Source: Candidatus Woesearchaeota archaeon (lineage in GTDB: Archaea; Nanobdellota; Nanobdellia; SCGC-AAA011-G17; ARS1403). From it: a stretch of DNA of 46,651 nucleotides. The notes beneath the pieces are model-generated. The model saw nothing but the letters and a program-made list of their open reading frames with translations. It was not told the origin of the DNA and did no database searches. Both the position numbers and the translations under genes were made by a program. Positions 17,772-26,157 of the stretch are shown here, piece after piece; the stretch's first letter is position 1; the number at the start of each line of letters is the position of its first letter. The DNA lies in assembly GCA_964367085.1 (NCBI GenBank), contig CAYIWL010000001.1:1-46651 (forward strand), read 5' to 3'.

Positions 17772-18437
17772 ATGGCAAGATTTGGAGATTTGTTTTGGAA
17801 GGCGCTTGTGCTAACTGTGGTTGTATTTTTACTTGGGGTGTTCCTGGGATTTGCGTTGGAAAGAAATCGGATAGGAAACATTGAGAGAGAGTTCCAGAGA
17901 ATTGATTTGCAATGGAATGATGCGAAACTACAAACCTTGTATTATCAGAATTTGGAACCAAGATTCTGCGGTTTTGCCATACGCGAAAATTTGGGGTTTG
18001 CCGACTTGGTTTATAATGAGGGATTGAAGATTGAAAAGTATGAACGAGTAAGCTTTTTAACAAACGATCTTGAACTTGAAAAGAAAAAATATGCCCTGTT
18101 GAAAGTTGAATTCTGGCTGAACAGCATTGTGCTGAAAGAAAAATGCAAGGCTAAGTACATTAACCTGGTTTATTTCTTTGCGAATGATCCTGCATTTGAA
18201 GTTAAATCTGAGCAGGATACTCAAGCTGAGATATTAAAAGATTTGAAGGAAAAATACGGAAAAGATTTGATGCTAATCCCATTACCTATCGATATGGATA
18301 TTTCTATGATAAATGTTATGAAAGGAACGTATGACATTTCAAAAACGCCTACAATCTTGATTAATGAAAAGATTAAACTTGATGGGTTGCAGGGTTTTGA
18401 TGAGTTAGAATTATTGATAAAAAATGAGCAGCTGTGA
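17772..18437 (+). CDS. Membrane-anchored hypothetical protein
   Basis: It has a single N-terminal TM helix (FWKALVLTVVVFLLGVFLGFAL). The C-terminus is vaguely thioredoxin-fold-like (TPTILINEKIKLDG) but lacks CxxC. Confidence 0.45.
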   Translation: MARFGDLFWKALVLTVVVFLLGVFLGFALERNRIGNIEREFQRIDLQWNDAKLQTLYYQNLEPRFCGFAIRENLGFADLVYNEGLKIEKYERVSFLTNDLELEKKKYALLKVEFWLNSIVLKEKCKAKYINLVYFFANDPAFEVKSEQDTQAEILKDLKEKYGKDLMLIPLPIDMDISMINVMKGTYDISKTPTILINEKIKLDGLQGFDELELLIKNEQL

Positions 18438-18861
18438 TCTTTGCGGGAAAAATGAAGATTTATTTATTGCTAGGATAGAAAGTAGTATTGTTAATGCTTG
18501 TAGAACTTGCTGCAGATTTGGAAACGTACTTGGAAAAGTGGAGGAATCTAAACCTGAAATTAAAATCAAACGGCAGACTGAAGATGAAAGTTCTGAACTT
18601 ATTGTTGAGAACTATAATGAATTGATAAGGAAAGAAAGAGAGAAGAAAGGATTGAAGCAGGAAGAGTTTGCGAATAAGTTAAATGAGAAGGAGAGTTTGA
18701 TCAAGAAAATAGAAAATAAACAGATTATGCCTAGCTTTGCACTTGCGAGAAAAATAGAAAAGTTTTTTGGAATCAAACTTATTGAGGATGCTCCTGATAC
18801 AAAAATAAAATTAAATCATTCTGAAATGAGAGGGTTTACACTTGGCGACATTATCAAGTAA
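18424..18861 (+). CDS. mbf1: Archaeal multiprotein bridging factor 1 (zinc ribbon plus XRE-type HTH)
   Basis: Motifs are CDLCG...CRTCC at the N-terminus and GLKQEEFANKLNEKESLIKKIENKQIMPSFALARKIEKFFGIKL (HTH). Confidence 0.75.
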   Translation: MSSCDLCGKNEDLFIARIESSIVNACRTCCRFGNVLGKVEESKPEIKIKRQTEDESSELIVENYNELIRKEREKKGLKQEEFANKLNEKESLIKKIENKQIMPSFALARKIEKFFGIKLIEDAPDTKIKLNHSEMRGFTLGDIIK

Positions 18862-19453
18862 AAAAGAATTAGCTAGGACTCTTTCTAGATTGAGAGAATT
18901 TGAAGATGCGGATGCTAAATTGGAGCAGTATAAAACCGATTCTGAAATTGCTGCTGAAGCTTTGTGGTTTCTTCACATGAATGGTTGCATAGAGAATAAA
19001 ACTGCGGCTGACTTTGGATGCGGGAGTGGGATTCTTGGGATTGGCTGCTTGCTATTGAATGCTAGGAGAGTTTATTTCATAGACAAAGACGAGAAAACTT
19101 TGAAAATTGCTAAAGAAAATATTAGAAAACTTGAATTAGAAAATGGGATTTTTTTAAACAAAGGAGTTTCTGCATTTGATAAAAAAGTTGATTTTGTGAT
19201 TGAAAACCCTCCATTTGGAGTGCAGAAGAAACATGCTGATAGAGCTTTTTTGGATGCTGCCATGAAAATTACAAATATTATCTATAGCTTTCACAAAATT
19301 GAGAGTGAGAATTTTTTGAGAAAATATTGTGATGAGTTTGAAGTTAGAAGATTATTTGAGTTTAATTTTGTTTTGAGGAAAACCTTGAAGTTTCATAAAA
19401 GAGATAAGCACTATGTTAAAGTTGGATTTTTTGAGATGAACAGAAAGGTTTAA
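18842..19453 (+). CDS. METTL5/COG2263-type SAM-dependent methyltransferase
   Basis: Motifs are LEQYKTDSEIAAEALW, DFGCGSGILGIG (motif I) and IENPPFG (motif IV). The start appears to be TTG, as there is no in-frame ATG upstream of the domain. Confidence 0.65.
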   Translation: MATLSSKKELARTLSRLREFEDADAKLEQYKTDSEIAAEALWFLHMNGCIENKTAADFGCGSGILGIGCLLLNARRVYFIDKDEKTLKIAKENIRKLELENGIFLNKGVSAFDKKVDFVIENPPFGVQKKHADRAFLDAAMKITNIIYSFHKIESENFLRKYCDEFEVRRLFEFNFVLRKTLKFHKRDKHYVKVGFFEMNRKV

Positions 19454-19471
19454 AAGTGGTGTAAATGGGGT

Positions 19472-19744
19472 ATGAGAATGGAAGTCCAATTTCTTACTGA
19501 TGAAAAAAATAAGATAAGAGTAGAGATTAAAAACGAAGGGCATACTCTATGTAATCCTTTAGTGAAAGAGATTTGGAAAGATGATAAAACTGCGATTGCA
19601 GGGTATACTATTGATCATTCTCTTGTGAGCAATCCTTTCTTGACTGTTGAAGGCGGAGATGCTAAAAACATCCTGAAGAAAGCTATATCAAGGCTGAGCA
19701 AGAAAGTAAATGAGATGGATGAAAAGTTTAAGAAGGCTAAATAA
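19472..19744 (+). CDS. rpoL: DNA-directed RNA polymerase subunit L (Rpo11)
   Basis: The 90-aa product has IRVEIKNEGHTLCNPLVKEI and GYTIDHSLVSNPFLTV, typical of subunit L. Confidence 0.8.
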   Translation: MRMEVQFLTDEKNKIRVEIKNEGHTLCNPLVKEIWKDDKTAIAGYTIDHSLVSNPFLTVEGGDAKNILKKAISRLSKKVNEMDEKFKKAK

Positions 19745-19761
19745 TTTTATGTCTGCGGCTT

Positions 19762-20406
19762 ATGAGCTGGAAGAAATTATGGTGGTTTATCTGGAAAGAT
19801 GATAGTTTTGCTAGTCTGTTAGTGAATATCTTACTCGCTGTTGTTCTGATCAAATTTGTTGTCTATCCTGTTTCCGGGCTGATACTTGGAACTAGTTTTC
19901 CTGTTGTTGCTGTTGTTAGTTGCAGCATGCAGCATGATGCTACCAATTGTTGGGCTGATTGCTATCTGAAAGGACAAGGAGACTTGAATTCTTGTGTTAA
20001 TCGAGAGGAAATATTGTGCGGGAAAAAAAGTGATGCTGGATATTGGAATACTTGCGGGGATTGGTATGAAGAGAAAGGAATTACAAAGGAAGAGTTTGAA
20101 ACATTCCAGCAGAGCAATGGATTTAAAATAGGAGATATTTTTGTATTAAAAAAAGCTGAGGATATAAAAACAGGAGACGTGATAGTATATAATGACATGA
20201 TAAGAAATGCACCGATTATCCATAGGGTTGTCGACATTAAAGATGGATATTATCAAACTAAAGGGGATCATAACAGTGCTGTTTTCCCATTTGAAGAGAA
20301 AATAAGGAAAGAGCAGGTTTATGGGAAAGTTTTATTAAAAATACCATATTTAGGATGGGTGAAGGTCATGTTCAATGTCATGCTAAAGGGAGTTGGAATA
20401 ATATGA
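19762..20406 (+). CDS. Archaeal/eukaryal-type signal peptidase I (Sec11-like) with a Cys-rich insertion
   Basis: It has an N-terminal TM helix, a Ser box (VVSCSMQ), a GDIFVLKK box, a His box (PIIHRVV) and TKGDHNS. Confidence 0.7.
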   Translation: MSWKKLWWFIWKDDSFASLLVNILLAVVLIKFVVYPVSGLILGTSFPVVAVVSCSMQHDATNCWADCYLKGQGDLNSCVNREEILCGKKSDAGYWNTCGDWYEEKGITKEEFETFQQSNGFKIGDIFVLKKAEDIKTGDVIVYNDMIRNAPIIHRVVDIKDGYYQTKGDHNSAVFPFEEKIRKEQVYGKVLLKIPYLGWVKVMFNVMLKGVGII

Positions 20407-20720
20407 AATTTTGCAGTCATGATGGTGGTTTATTAGTTCCGGATAAATCTGGAAAGAAAAAATTAGTGTGCATTAATTGCGGGAAAAGTTTTCCGATGGC
20501 TAAGGAGAAAGTTGTGCTGAAAGAAAATGTTAAACTGAAAGAGAAAGTTGAGGTTGTTGATAGTGATATTGAAGTTAATCCTAAAGTTGATATTGAATGT
20601 CCTAAGTGCGGGCATGGTAAAGCATATTACTGGAGTTTGCAGACGAGGGCTGCTGACGAGGGCGAAACCAGATTTTACAAATGCGCTAAATGCGGTCACA
20701 GATGGAGAGACTACACCTGA
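20403..20720 (+). CDS. tfs: Transcription factor S (TFS, TFIIS/RpoM-type)
   Basis: The C-terminal zinc ribbon reads CPKCGHGKAYYWSLQTRAADEGETRFYKCAKCGHRW. ATG 20403 forms an ATGA overlap with the signal peptidase stop. The track start at 20355 is unlikely. Confidence 0.85.
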   Translation: MKFCSHDGGLLVPDKSGKKKLVCINCGKSFPMAKEKVVLKENVKLKEKVEVVDSDIEVNPKVDIECPKCGHGKAYYWSLQTRAADEGETRFYKCAKCGHRWRDYT

Positions 20721-21154
20721 GAAAATTTATCCTTCTTAAATTCTCAAAAAATGCTTCATCTTAGACTATCTTCAAAAAATTGCATACACCAAAGAAAATA
20801 ATGACAGCATCATAGAGGACAAGTACTAATTGTTGAATCTGTCAAAACAAAAAGTCCCGGATGTTGTAATATAACTATAGAAGATTATTAATGCCGTAAA
20901 AAAATATCAAGGTCGTTTTTAATCTTGACTTTAGGAGCATACGATATAACCCCAATTATTTTGAAAATCATTAGAATTATCATGATGATTAACAAAACCC
21001 AACCAACCCATGTGACAATTTGTTCATTTTTTTAGCTGCCATAAAGTAATTCCTTCTGATTCTGAAATAAAAGTTGTAACTAAAACATAAATATTCGCAT
21101 TCGCTTGGTTGTTGGTTGAATAGTAGGATTCTGTAACATTAACGAGGCTTATTT

Positions 21155-21192
21155 TTAGGGTTCCGATAAATTTAAATATTTCGGGTTCCTAA
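21155..21192 (+). promoter_or_regulatory. Promoter/operator element, copy A: two 13-bp palindrome-like sites flanking a TATA box
   Basis: The sites are TTAGGGTTCCGAT (21155-21167) and TTCGGGTTCCTAA (21180-21192), with TTTAAATA at 21171-21178. ATG 21202 is 31 nt from the TATA start. Copy B at 23095..23132 is near-identical. Confidence 0.5.
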
Positions 21193-21201
21193 CATTCTTA
21201 T

Positions 21202-21360
21202 ATGAAAATTATGAAAGTTCGAGATAAACAAATTGGTGAAAAAGTTTATATCAAATACAGAATCAATCTACCACTGAAAGTTGTTGAACAAACAGGACTT
21301 CTTAACAAGGAATTAAGGGTAGTTGCCAAAAACAATAAGATTGTTGTTGAAGAGGAATAA
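21202..21360 (+). CDS. Small AbrB/SpoVT-like DNA-binding protein, 52 aa, absent from the ORF track
   Basis: Hand translation gives MKIMKVRDKQIGEKVYIKYRINLPLKVVEQTGLLNKELRVVAKNNKIVVEEE. The pattern Y.I.LP..VV...GL..G.EL.V...N.IVV is AbrB-like. It ends 3 nt before the convergent ATPase gene. Confidence 0.5.
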   Translation: MKIMKVRDKQIGEKVYIKYRINLPLKVVEQTGLLNKELRVVAKNNKIVVEEE

Positions 21361-21363
21361 ACA

Positions 21364-23034
21364 TCAAATTAGAATTCTGAACATTTTCTTTTTCCTTAGT
21401 AAGTTATTAACATCTCCAAGTGTCCAAACTCGAAAAGAATATTTCTTACATAACTCCACAGCTTCTTTTTCTATCTCTTTTATAGAAATGACAATAACTT
21501 CCTTTATGTCCACCTCTGAGCCGATACTATCAACTTTTGTTTTTATATTTATAATTTCGCCTTTTGTTATATTTTCTTTTGTCACTTCCGCTATCCAAAC
21601 ACCATCACTAGCTTCACAAAAGATATCTATTTCATGTTGACCAATATTCTTTCTCTTAACAGATCCAAACTTAGGAATTTTCAAGTCTAAATAATAATCG
21701 TTATTAAAAGTTGTAAACAACTCTCTTATCCTAGCCTCATTTCCTTTACCTAGTTCAGAAGAATAGTCCGAAACTATTTTTGAGATATTGTTTTTGAAGA
21801 CCTTTAATTTCAGGCTCATATCTCTTAAGAGAGGATCTTGTCTAAGCTCATAAACTTGTTTTAACCATAACTCAAACAGACCGTCTGTTATTTCATATTC
21901 AACCACTCTTGAGTTTATACTAACGGGTTCAGACTTTCTGATAATCTCTAATTCTTGTAATTTCTTTAAGTAAGGGGGGATACTTGTTAGATCAAGATTA
22001 ATGGTTCTTGCTATTTGAGAAGGTCTCATTTTTCCCGCAGCAATACTTTTCAATATTTCAGTATAGTACTTTGAACCGCTTTTTTCTAAAGATTGTTGAA
22101 TTAATGCATTAAAATAGGAATAAATATTTCCTTCAGTTTTGAATATTTCAGAAATCAACACCTCTTCAATAACATTATTGGAAATTCCGCATTTGTTTAG
22201 CTTACAATGAAGTTTTATACTATGTATTAATATATCTAGATAAAATGGATTCCCATTAGTTATCTCATACAAAAAGGAAATATTCTCATCTCCAAGAGAA
22301 AGTTCATCTCCTTTTTTCCCCACAATAAATGCATAAGCATCTTTAAAATCAAAACCCCTCAAAGGTAATATTGAGAAGTGTCCATAAAGAGGGGAATTCG
22401 TTGATGAGATCATTTTATTTAACATTCCAACTGCTGAACCAGATACAATATACAAGATATCTTTTTGATTCATAATTTTTTCTCTAAATTTATCTATGGG
22501 AGATGAAATGACCCTAGAATATTCACTCAATCTTTGAAATTCATCGAAGAATACTATAGTCCGTCTCCCAGTTTCTTTTTTTAATGTTTCAAAAACAGAA
22601 AACAGATAATCAAAAGATTCATCATACTTGGATTGATAATTATACTCTACCAAATTGGATATCGCCAATGCAGTTCTTGGGAAATCCTGTTGAATCATTT
22701 TCAATCCTTCTTCAATTGTAATAGTGTTTGTTTTAGGAAGATTATCTTGGTATCTGAAAAGTTCGAAAAGTATGCTTCCGATACAATTCCTAAAGAAATT
22801 TGCAGGACTTTGTTCAGGAAGATAAATATCAATGCAGATAATCTTGGGCTTACTCTTATGGGTTAATCGGATAAACTCTTTGATTAATGAAGTCTTACCT
22901 ATTTTTCTCAACCCCACTATTGCTACATTCCTTTTTTGATGCTTTTCAAAATCCTCTAAGGTTGAATAAAGAATAGCTTTCTCCCTATTCCTATCAAAAA
23001 ATTCTTTTCCAGATACAGGATCTCCTAGTACCAT
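21364..23034 (-). CDS. Arch_ATPase (PF01637-like) AAA ATPase with a wHTH region and a DUF234/nuclease-like C-terminal domain
   Basis: The N-terminus reads FFDRNREKAILYSTLEDF...NVAIVGLRKIGKTSLIKEF (Walker A). Walker B is IVFFDEFQRL. The C-terminus reads HEIDIFCEASDGVWIAEVTKENITKGEI. Confidence 0.7.
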   Translation of the reverse strand: MVLGDPVSGKEFFDRNREKAILYSTLEDFEKHQKRNVAIVGLRKIGKTSLIKEFIRLTHKSKPKIICIDIYLPEQSPANFFRNCIGSILFELFRYQDNLPKTNTITIEEGLKMIQQDFPRTALAISNLVEYNYQSKYDESFDYLFSVFETLKKETGRRTIVFFDEFQRLSEYSRVISSPIDKFREKIMNQKDILYIVSGSAVGMLNKMISSTNSPLYGHFSILPLRGFDFKDAYAFIVGKKGDELSLGDENISFLYEITNGNPFYLDILIHSIKLHCKLNKCGISNNVIEEVLISEIFKTEGNIYSYFNALIQQSLEKSGSKYYTEILKSIAAGKMRPSQIARTINLDLTSIPPYLKKLQELEIIRKSEPVSINSRVVEYEITDGLFELWLKQVYELRQDPLLRDMSLKLKVFKNNISKIVSDYSSELGKGNEARIRELFTTFNNDYYLDLKIPKFGSVKRKNIGQHEIDIFCEASDGVWIAEVTKENITKGEIINIKTKVDSIGSEVDIKEVIVISIKEIEKEAVELCKKYSFRVWTLGDVNNLLRKKKMFRILI

Positions 23035-23094
23035 ATTATATATTAATTAATTAATATATTAAATGTTAACTATATAAAGCTTTTCATACAACTA

Positions 23095-23132
23095 TTCGGG
23101 TTCCGAAAGATTTATATACTTCGGGTGCCTAA
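23095..23132 (+). promoter_or_regulatory. Promoter/operator element, copy B
   Basis: The sites are TTCGGGTTCCGAA (23095-23107) and TTCGGGTGCCTAA (23120-23132), with TTTATATA at 23111-23118. ATG 23141 is 30 nt from the TATA start. Site spacing is 25 bp, as in copy A. Confidence 0.5.
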
Positions 23133-23140
23133 TAAATATT

Positions 23141-24004
23141 ATGAAAGATGAAGTAAAATGTAGGTTTTGTAAATCGAACGGAGTAGTAAAAAGAGGATTC
23201 AGAAAAACCGAAAATAGAGGCAAGATACAAATTTATTTCTGTAAAAATTGCAAGAAAAGATTTACTGAAAACGATGGCTTTCTCAGAATGAGAAATTCTC
23301 CAGATAAGGTAACTCAAGCCATACATATGTATTTTTCTGGAATATCTTTAAGAAAATCTCAAGAGCATTTAGGAGTTTTCTATAATCATAATGCTTCTCA
23401 TATGTCGGTTCTAAGATGGATTCAAAAATACATGACACAGATAGGAAAATTCACAGATACCTTAAATCTGAAGGTGGGTAATGAGTTAATGAGTGATGAG
23501 ATGGAAGATAGAGTAAAAGGTAAGCAGTGCTGGTTTGTTGATGTAATGGACACTAAGACAAGGTATATGGTCAGCTCTGATTTTATGAGGAGCAGGACTA
23601 TTCAAAATCTTACTAATGTCTTGGCAAACGCTAAAAGAAAAACAGGAGAGCAAGTAACAATAATAACAACTGATGGGTTGCAAGGCTATCCAAGAGTTTT
23701 AAGAAAAGCATTTGGATTAAATAAGAAATTAAAAACAAGCAAGATTACCCATAATATTGTTATTGCTAAAGAAAGAGGATTTAACCACAAAATCGAAAGA
23801 TTGCACAATTCAGTAAGAGAAAGAATAAAAGTTATGAGGGGATTTGGAAATTTGCAAAGTGCAAAATCAATAATGAAAGGTTATGAAATCTACTATAATT
23901 TTTTGAGAAAACATCAGGCAATTAATAAGTATCCTTATGAATTGGCTATTGATTTGAAGTTAGGGAAAAATAAGTTGTTGGATTTGATTAAGTTCAGTGT
24001 TTAA
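23141..24004 (+). CDS. IS6-family-like DDE transposase with an N-terminal zinc ribbon
   Basis: Motifs are CRFCKSNGVVKRG...YFCKNCKKRF, then SDEME...CWFVDVMDTKTRYMVSS...IITTDGLQGYP...NHKIERLHNSVRERIKVMRGF, fitting a DDE arrangement. I found no terminal inverted repeats. Confidence 0.65.
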   Translation: MKDEVKCRFCKSNGVVKRGFRKTENRGKIQIYFCKNCKKRFTENDGFLRMRNSPDKVTQAIHMYFSGISLRKSQEHLGVFYNHNASHMSVLRWIQKYMTQIGKFTDTLNLKVGNELMSDEMEDRVKGKQCWFVDVMDTKTRYMVSSDFMRSRTIQNLTNVLANAKRKTGEQVTIITTDGLQGYPRVLRKAFGLNKKLKTSKITHNIVIAKERGFNHKIERLHNSVRERIKVMRGFGNLQSAKSIMKGYEIYYNFLRKHQAINKYPYELAIDLKLGKNKLLDLIKFSV

Positions 24005-24291
24005 TTTGATTTTCTCTTGGGCTCTAAAAAACCTAGAATAATAAATATAATACCTAAACCTCCAATAAACTTTCTAAAATAATCTCTTTGTCCTACGTTC
24101 TCATAACAATTGAAAACTGAAATATCCTCTACTTCATCACTGCTTCCTAGCTCACTAAGTCTAGCATTGGTTTCTTCAATAAGACTACTCATAATATTAC
24201 AAGTATTTAATGAACCTTCATTCAAATAACCGAGATATAAACTTATCACAATTAATCCAATTCCAAGAACAAACCATTGTTTTTTATTCAT
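24001..24291 (-). CDS. Small two-TM membrane protein, hypothetical
   Basis: Hydrophobic segments sit at both ends of the 96-aa product. The stop overlaps the transposase stop by 4 nt, and the two genes are convergent. Confidence 0.4.
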   Translation of the reverse strand: MNKKQWFVLGIGLIVISLYLGYLNEGSLNTCNIMSSLIEETNARLSELGSSDEVEDISVFNCYENVGQRDYFRKFIGGLGIIFIILGFLEPKRKSN

Positions 24292-24414
24292 CTTATTTTG
24301 ATAATGAAATGCCTTTTAAAAATATATTGTTTCTTTTATTTCAAAAAGCCTCGTTAATGTTACAATGCAGAAGAGTAGTTACATTTATATAGAAGTTTTG
24401 AAATATATTTCTGC

Positions 24415-24834
24415 ATGGTAGTTTGGAATGCGGTGATTGTTCTTGGCATTATTTTAGGATTATATGAGTTATTTGCAATTCATGGCGATTTGAATTTTAG
24501 AGGAAGCCATTGGTTAGGACATGGAATTCACTCTGTGCTGTTAATGATGGTTGCTTTGTTTGCTGTGTTTAATTGGCCATTATTTTTGGATGTTACTACA
24601 CTTGCTTCTAGAGGAATCCCCCTCCTTAGTGATATGTGGATTGGGAGGATTGTCATTGGATTGATATTGAACTTGAAGATGCATGCTGTTTCCAAAGCTG
24701 TGCATGGGCAGTTAGCAGCTAGAGGAATGGCTGAACACTGGACTCATACTTTGTTGATTTCAGCATTAGTTGTTGCCTCTCCTTTATATTGGCCCTTCAT
24801 CGAGCCTCTATTACCTGCATGGCTGCTGTTTTGA
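24415..24834 (+). CDS. Integral membrane protein, hypothetical
   Basis: The 139-aa product has four hydrophobic helices. Confidence 0.45.
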   Translation: MVVWNAVIVLGIILGLYELFAIHGDLNFRGSHWLGHGIHSVLLMMVALFAVFNWPLFLDVTTLASRGIPLLSDMWIGRIVIGLILNLKMHAVSKAVHGQLAARGMAEHWTHTLLISALVVASPLYWPFIEPLLPAWLLF

Positions 24835-24858
24835 ATTATATTTTTAAAGATACTAAAT

Positions 24859-24866
24859 TTTATAAA
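24859..24866 (+). promoter_or_regulatory. TATA-box-like TTTATAAA for the PCNA gene
   Basis: It lies 30 nt upstream of ATG 24889 with no room for a leader carrying a Shine-Dalgarno site. Confidence 0.4.
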
Positions 24867-24888
24867 TTAGCCTTTCAAACAGATATTT

Positions 24889-25632
24889 ATGAAACTCATA
24901 TTGGCCGAACCTAGACTGCTAAAAGAAACAGTTAGTATACTTGCTGACTTAGTGAATGATGTTCAGTTCAAAATTGGGAAAGATAAACTAGAGATAATTG
25001 CTACTGATCCTGCCAATGTTGTTCTTGTCACTTTCAAATTATTGAGCAGCGCTTTTGTCGAATATACTGTTGAAGACAAAGAGGTTATCTGTGTTAATTT
25101 AGATAATTTAAACCAAATTTTAAGAAGATTAAAAGGAAATGATACTTTAACATTAGAGCTTGATAAGAAAAGAAATAAATTAAAGATTGAGATGCAAGGG
25201 GATTCACAGAGATTATTCCATTTGAGTTTGATTGACATTGAGGAGAAAGAGCAACAGGTTCCTGAATTGGAATTTAAATCGAAAGTTGTGATGAACTCTA
25301 AAATGTTAGAGGATGCTATTGAAGATGTTGGGATTGTTGCTGAGAGTGTTGCGCTTGGAATGAGCAAGGATAGAATAACTATAAGGGGTGATGGAAATTT
25401 AAGCAATGCCCATATTGAATTTTTGAAAAGCGAAGAAACTGAGATTAGCACAGAGGATAGTGTTAGCGCTAAATACAGCATTGAGTATCTGAAAAAACTA
25501 ATTAAAGGCGGGAAGCTAAGTGATAAAGTAGTGATGAAATGGAGTACTGATTATCCGCTCAAGCTGGAATACAATTTGATGGATAAATTAGCCTTGAGCT
25601 TTATCTTAGCTCCGAGAATTTCTGAAGACTAA
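24889..25632 (+). CDS. pcn: DNA polymerase sliding clamp PCNA
   Basis: The 247-aa product begins LLKETVSILADLVNDVQFKIGKDKLEIIATDPANVVLVTFKL and ends with the YPLKLEY/LSFILAPRI motifs typical of archaeal PCNA. Confidence 0.9.
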   Translation: MKLILAEPRLLKETVSILADLVNDVQFKIGKDKLEIIATDPANVVLVTFKLLSSAFVEYTVEDKEVICVNLDNLNQILRRLKGNDTLTLELDKKRNKLKIEMQGDSQRLFHLSLIDIEEKEQQVPELEFKSKVVMNSKMLEDAIEDVGIVAESVALGMSKDRITIRGDGNLSNAHIEFLKSEETEISTEDSVSAKYSIEYLKKLIKGGKLSDKVVMKWSTDYPLKLEYNLMDKLALSFILAPRISED

Positions 25633-25650
25633 TGATTTTTGAAGAATAAA

Positions 25651-26109
25651 ATGGACGAAATCGAAAAAGCGATAAGAAAAATAATGAATGGAGTTTTTGT
25701 AATAACTTTTAATCTAGATGGGAAAGACTATGGGATCACTACGGCATGGGTTAACCGAGCTAGCTTTAAACCAAATATGCTGATGATTAGCGTCGGGAAA
25801 AACAGGAAAGGCTATGAAGAATTGCTTGAAACAGAAGTTTTTTGCATTAATATTTTGGGAGATGCACATCTTGAAATTGCCAGACATTTTGGAGTCACCA
25901 ATGGGAAAAACTTGAATAATTTTAGTGACATTGAGCTTAAGGAGATGGAGAACGGAAGTCCGGTTTTGGAAAATTGCGTTGCTGCTGTCGAATGCAAATT
26001 AGTTAAAAAAGTTGATGCTGGAGACCATGTTATTTTGTTTGGTGAGGTATTGAACGGAGTGGATTTGGAAGGAGAGGCGATGGCGTTTAGGAGAGAGGAC
26101 TTTTCTTGA
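25651..26109 (+). CDS. Flavin reductase-like (FMN-binding split-barrel) protein
   Basis: Motifs are GVFVITFNLDGKDYGITTAWVNRASFKPNMLMISVGK, FCINIL and GDHVILFGEV. ATG 25651 is preferred to the track's TTG 25639. Confidence 0.65.
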   Translation: MDEIEKAIRKIMNGVFVITFNLDGKDYGITTAWVNRASFKPNMLMISVGKNRKGYEELLETEVFCINILGDAHLEIARHFGVTNGKNLNNFSDIELKEMENGSPVLENCVAAVECKLVKKVDAGDHVILFGEVLNGVDLEGEAMAFRREDFS

Positions 26110-26157
26110 AGGTTTTCACAGATATTTTTAAATAGTTCATCTTATTTTAATTTGTTT

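Noticed and set aside
20721-21154. I searched the long non-coding stretch for a tRNA, another ncRNA or a small ORF. I noted an imperfect inverted pair, AACCCAACCAACCCA (about 20996) and TTGGTTGTTGGTTGA (about 21107), and a 31-45 aa hydrophobic minus-strand micro-ORF.
   Set aside because: There is no GC-rich cloverleaf-like segment or T-loop consensus. The inverted pair is imperfect and AT/GT-rich. The micro-ORF lacks an ATG in a good context and resembles nothing I know. The region is reported only as unusually long non-coding DNA.
21323-21640. A + strand 105-aa ORF overlaps the end of the AbrB-like gene and the 3' part of the Arch_ATPase gene.
   Set aside because: It is antisense to a well-supported 556-aa ATPase gene and its product is a hydrophobic, low-complexity translation.
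23035-24060. I looked for terminal inverted repeats and target-site duplications that would define an intact IS around the transposase gene.
   Set aside because: I could not find the reverse complement of the left-flank sequence (GGGTTCCGAAAGATTT...) downstream. The gene's stop overlaps a convergent ORF, and the left-flank motif is shared in direct orientation with the promoter at 21155. It is therefore better read as a promoter/operator than as an IS end.
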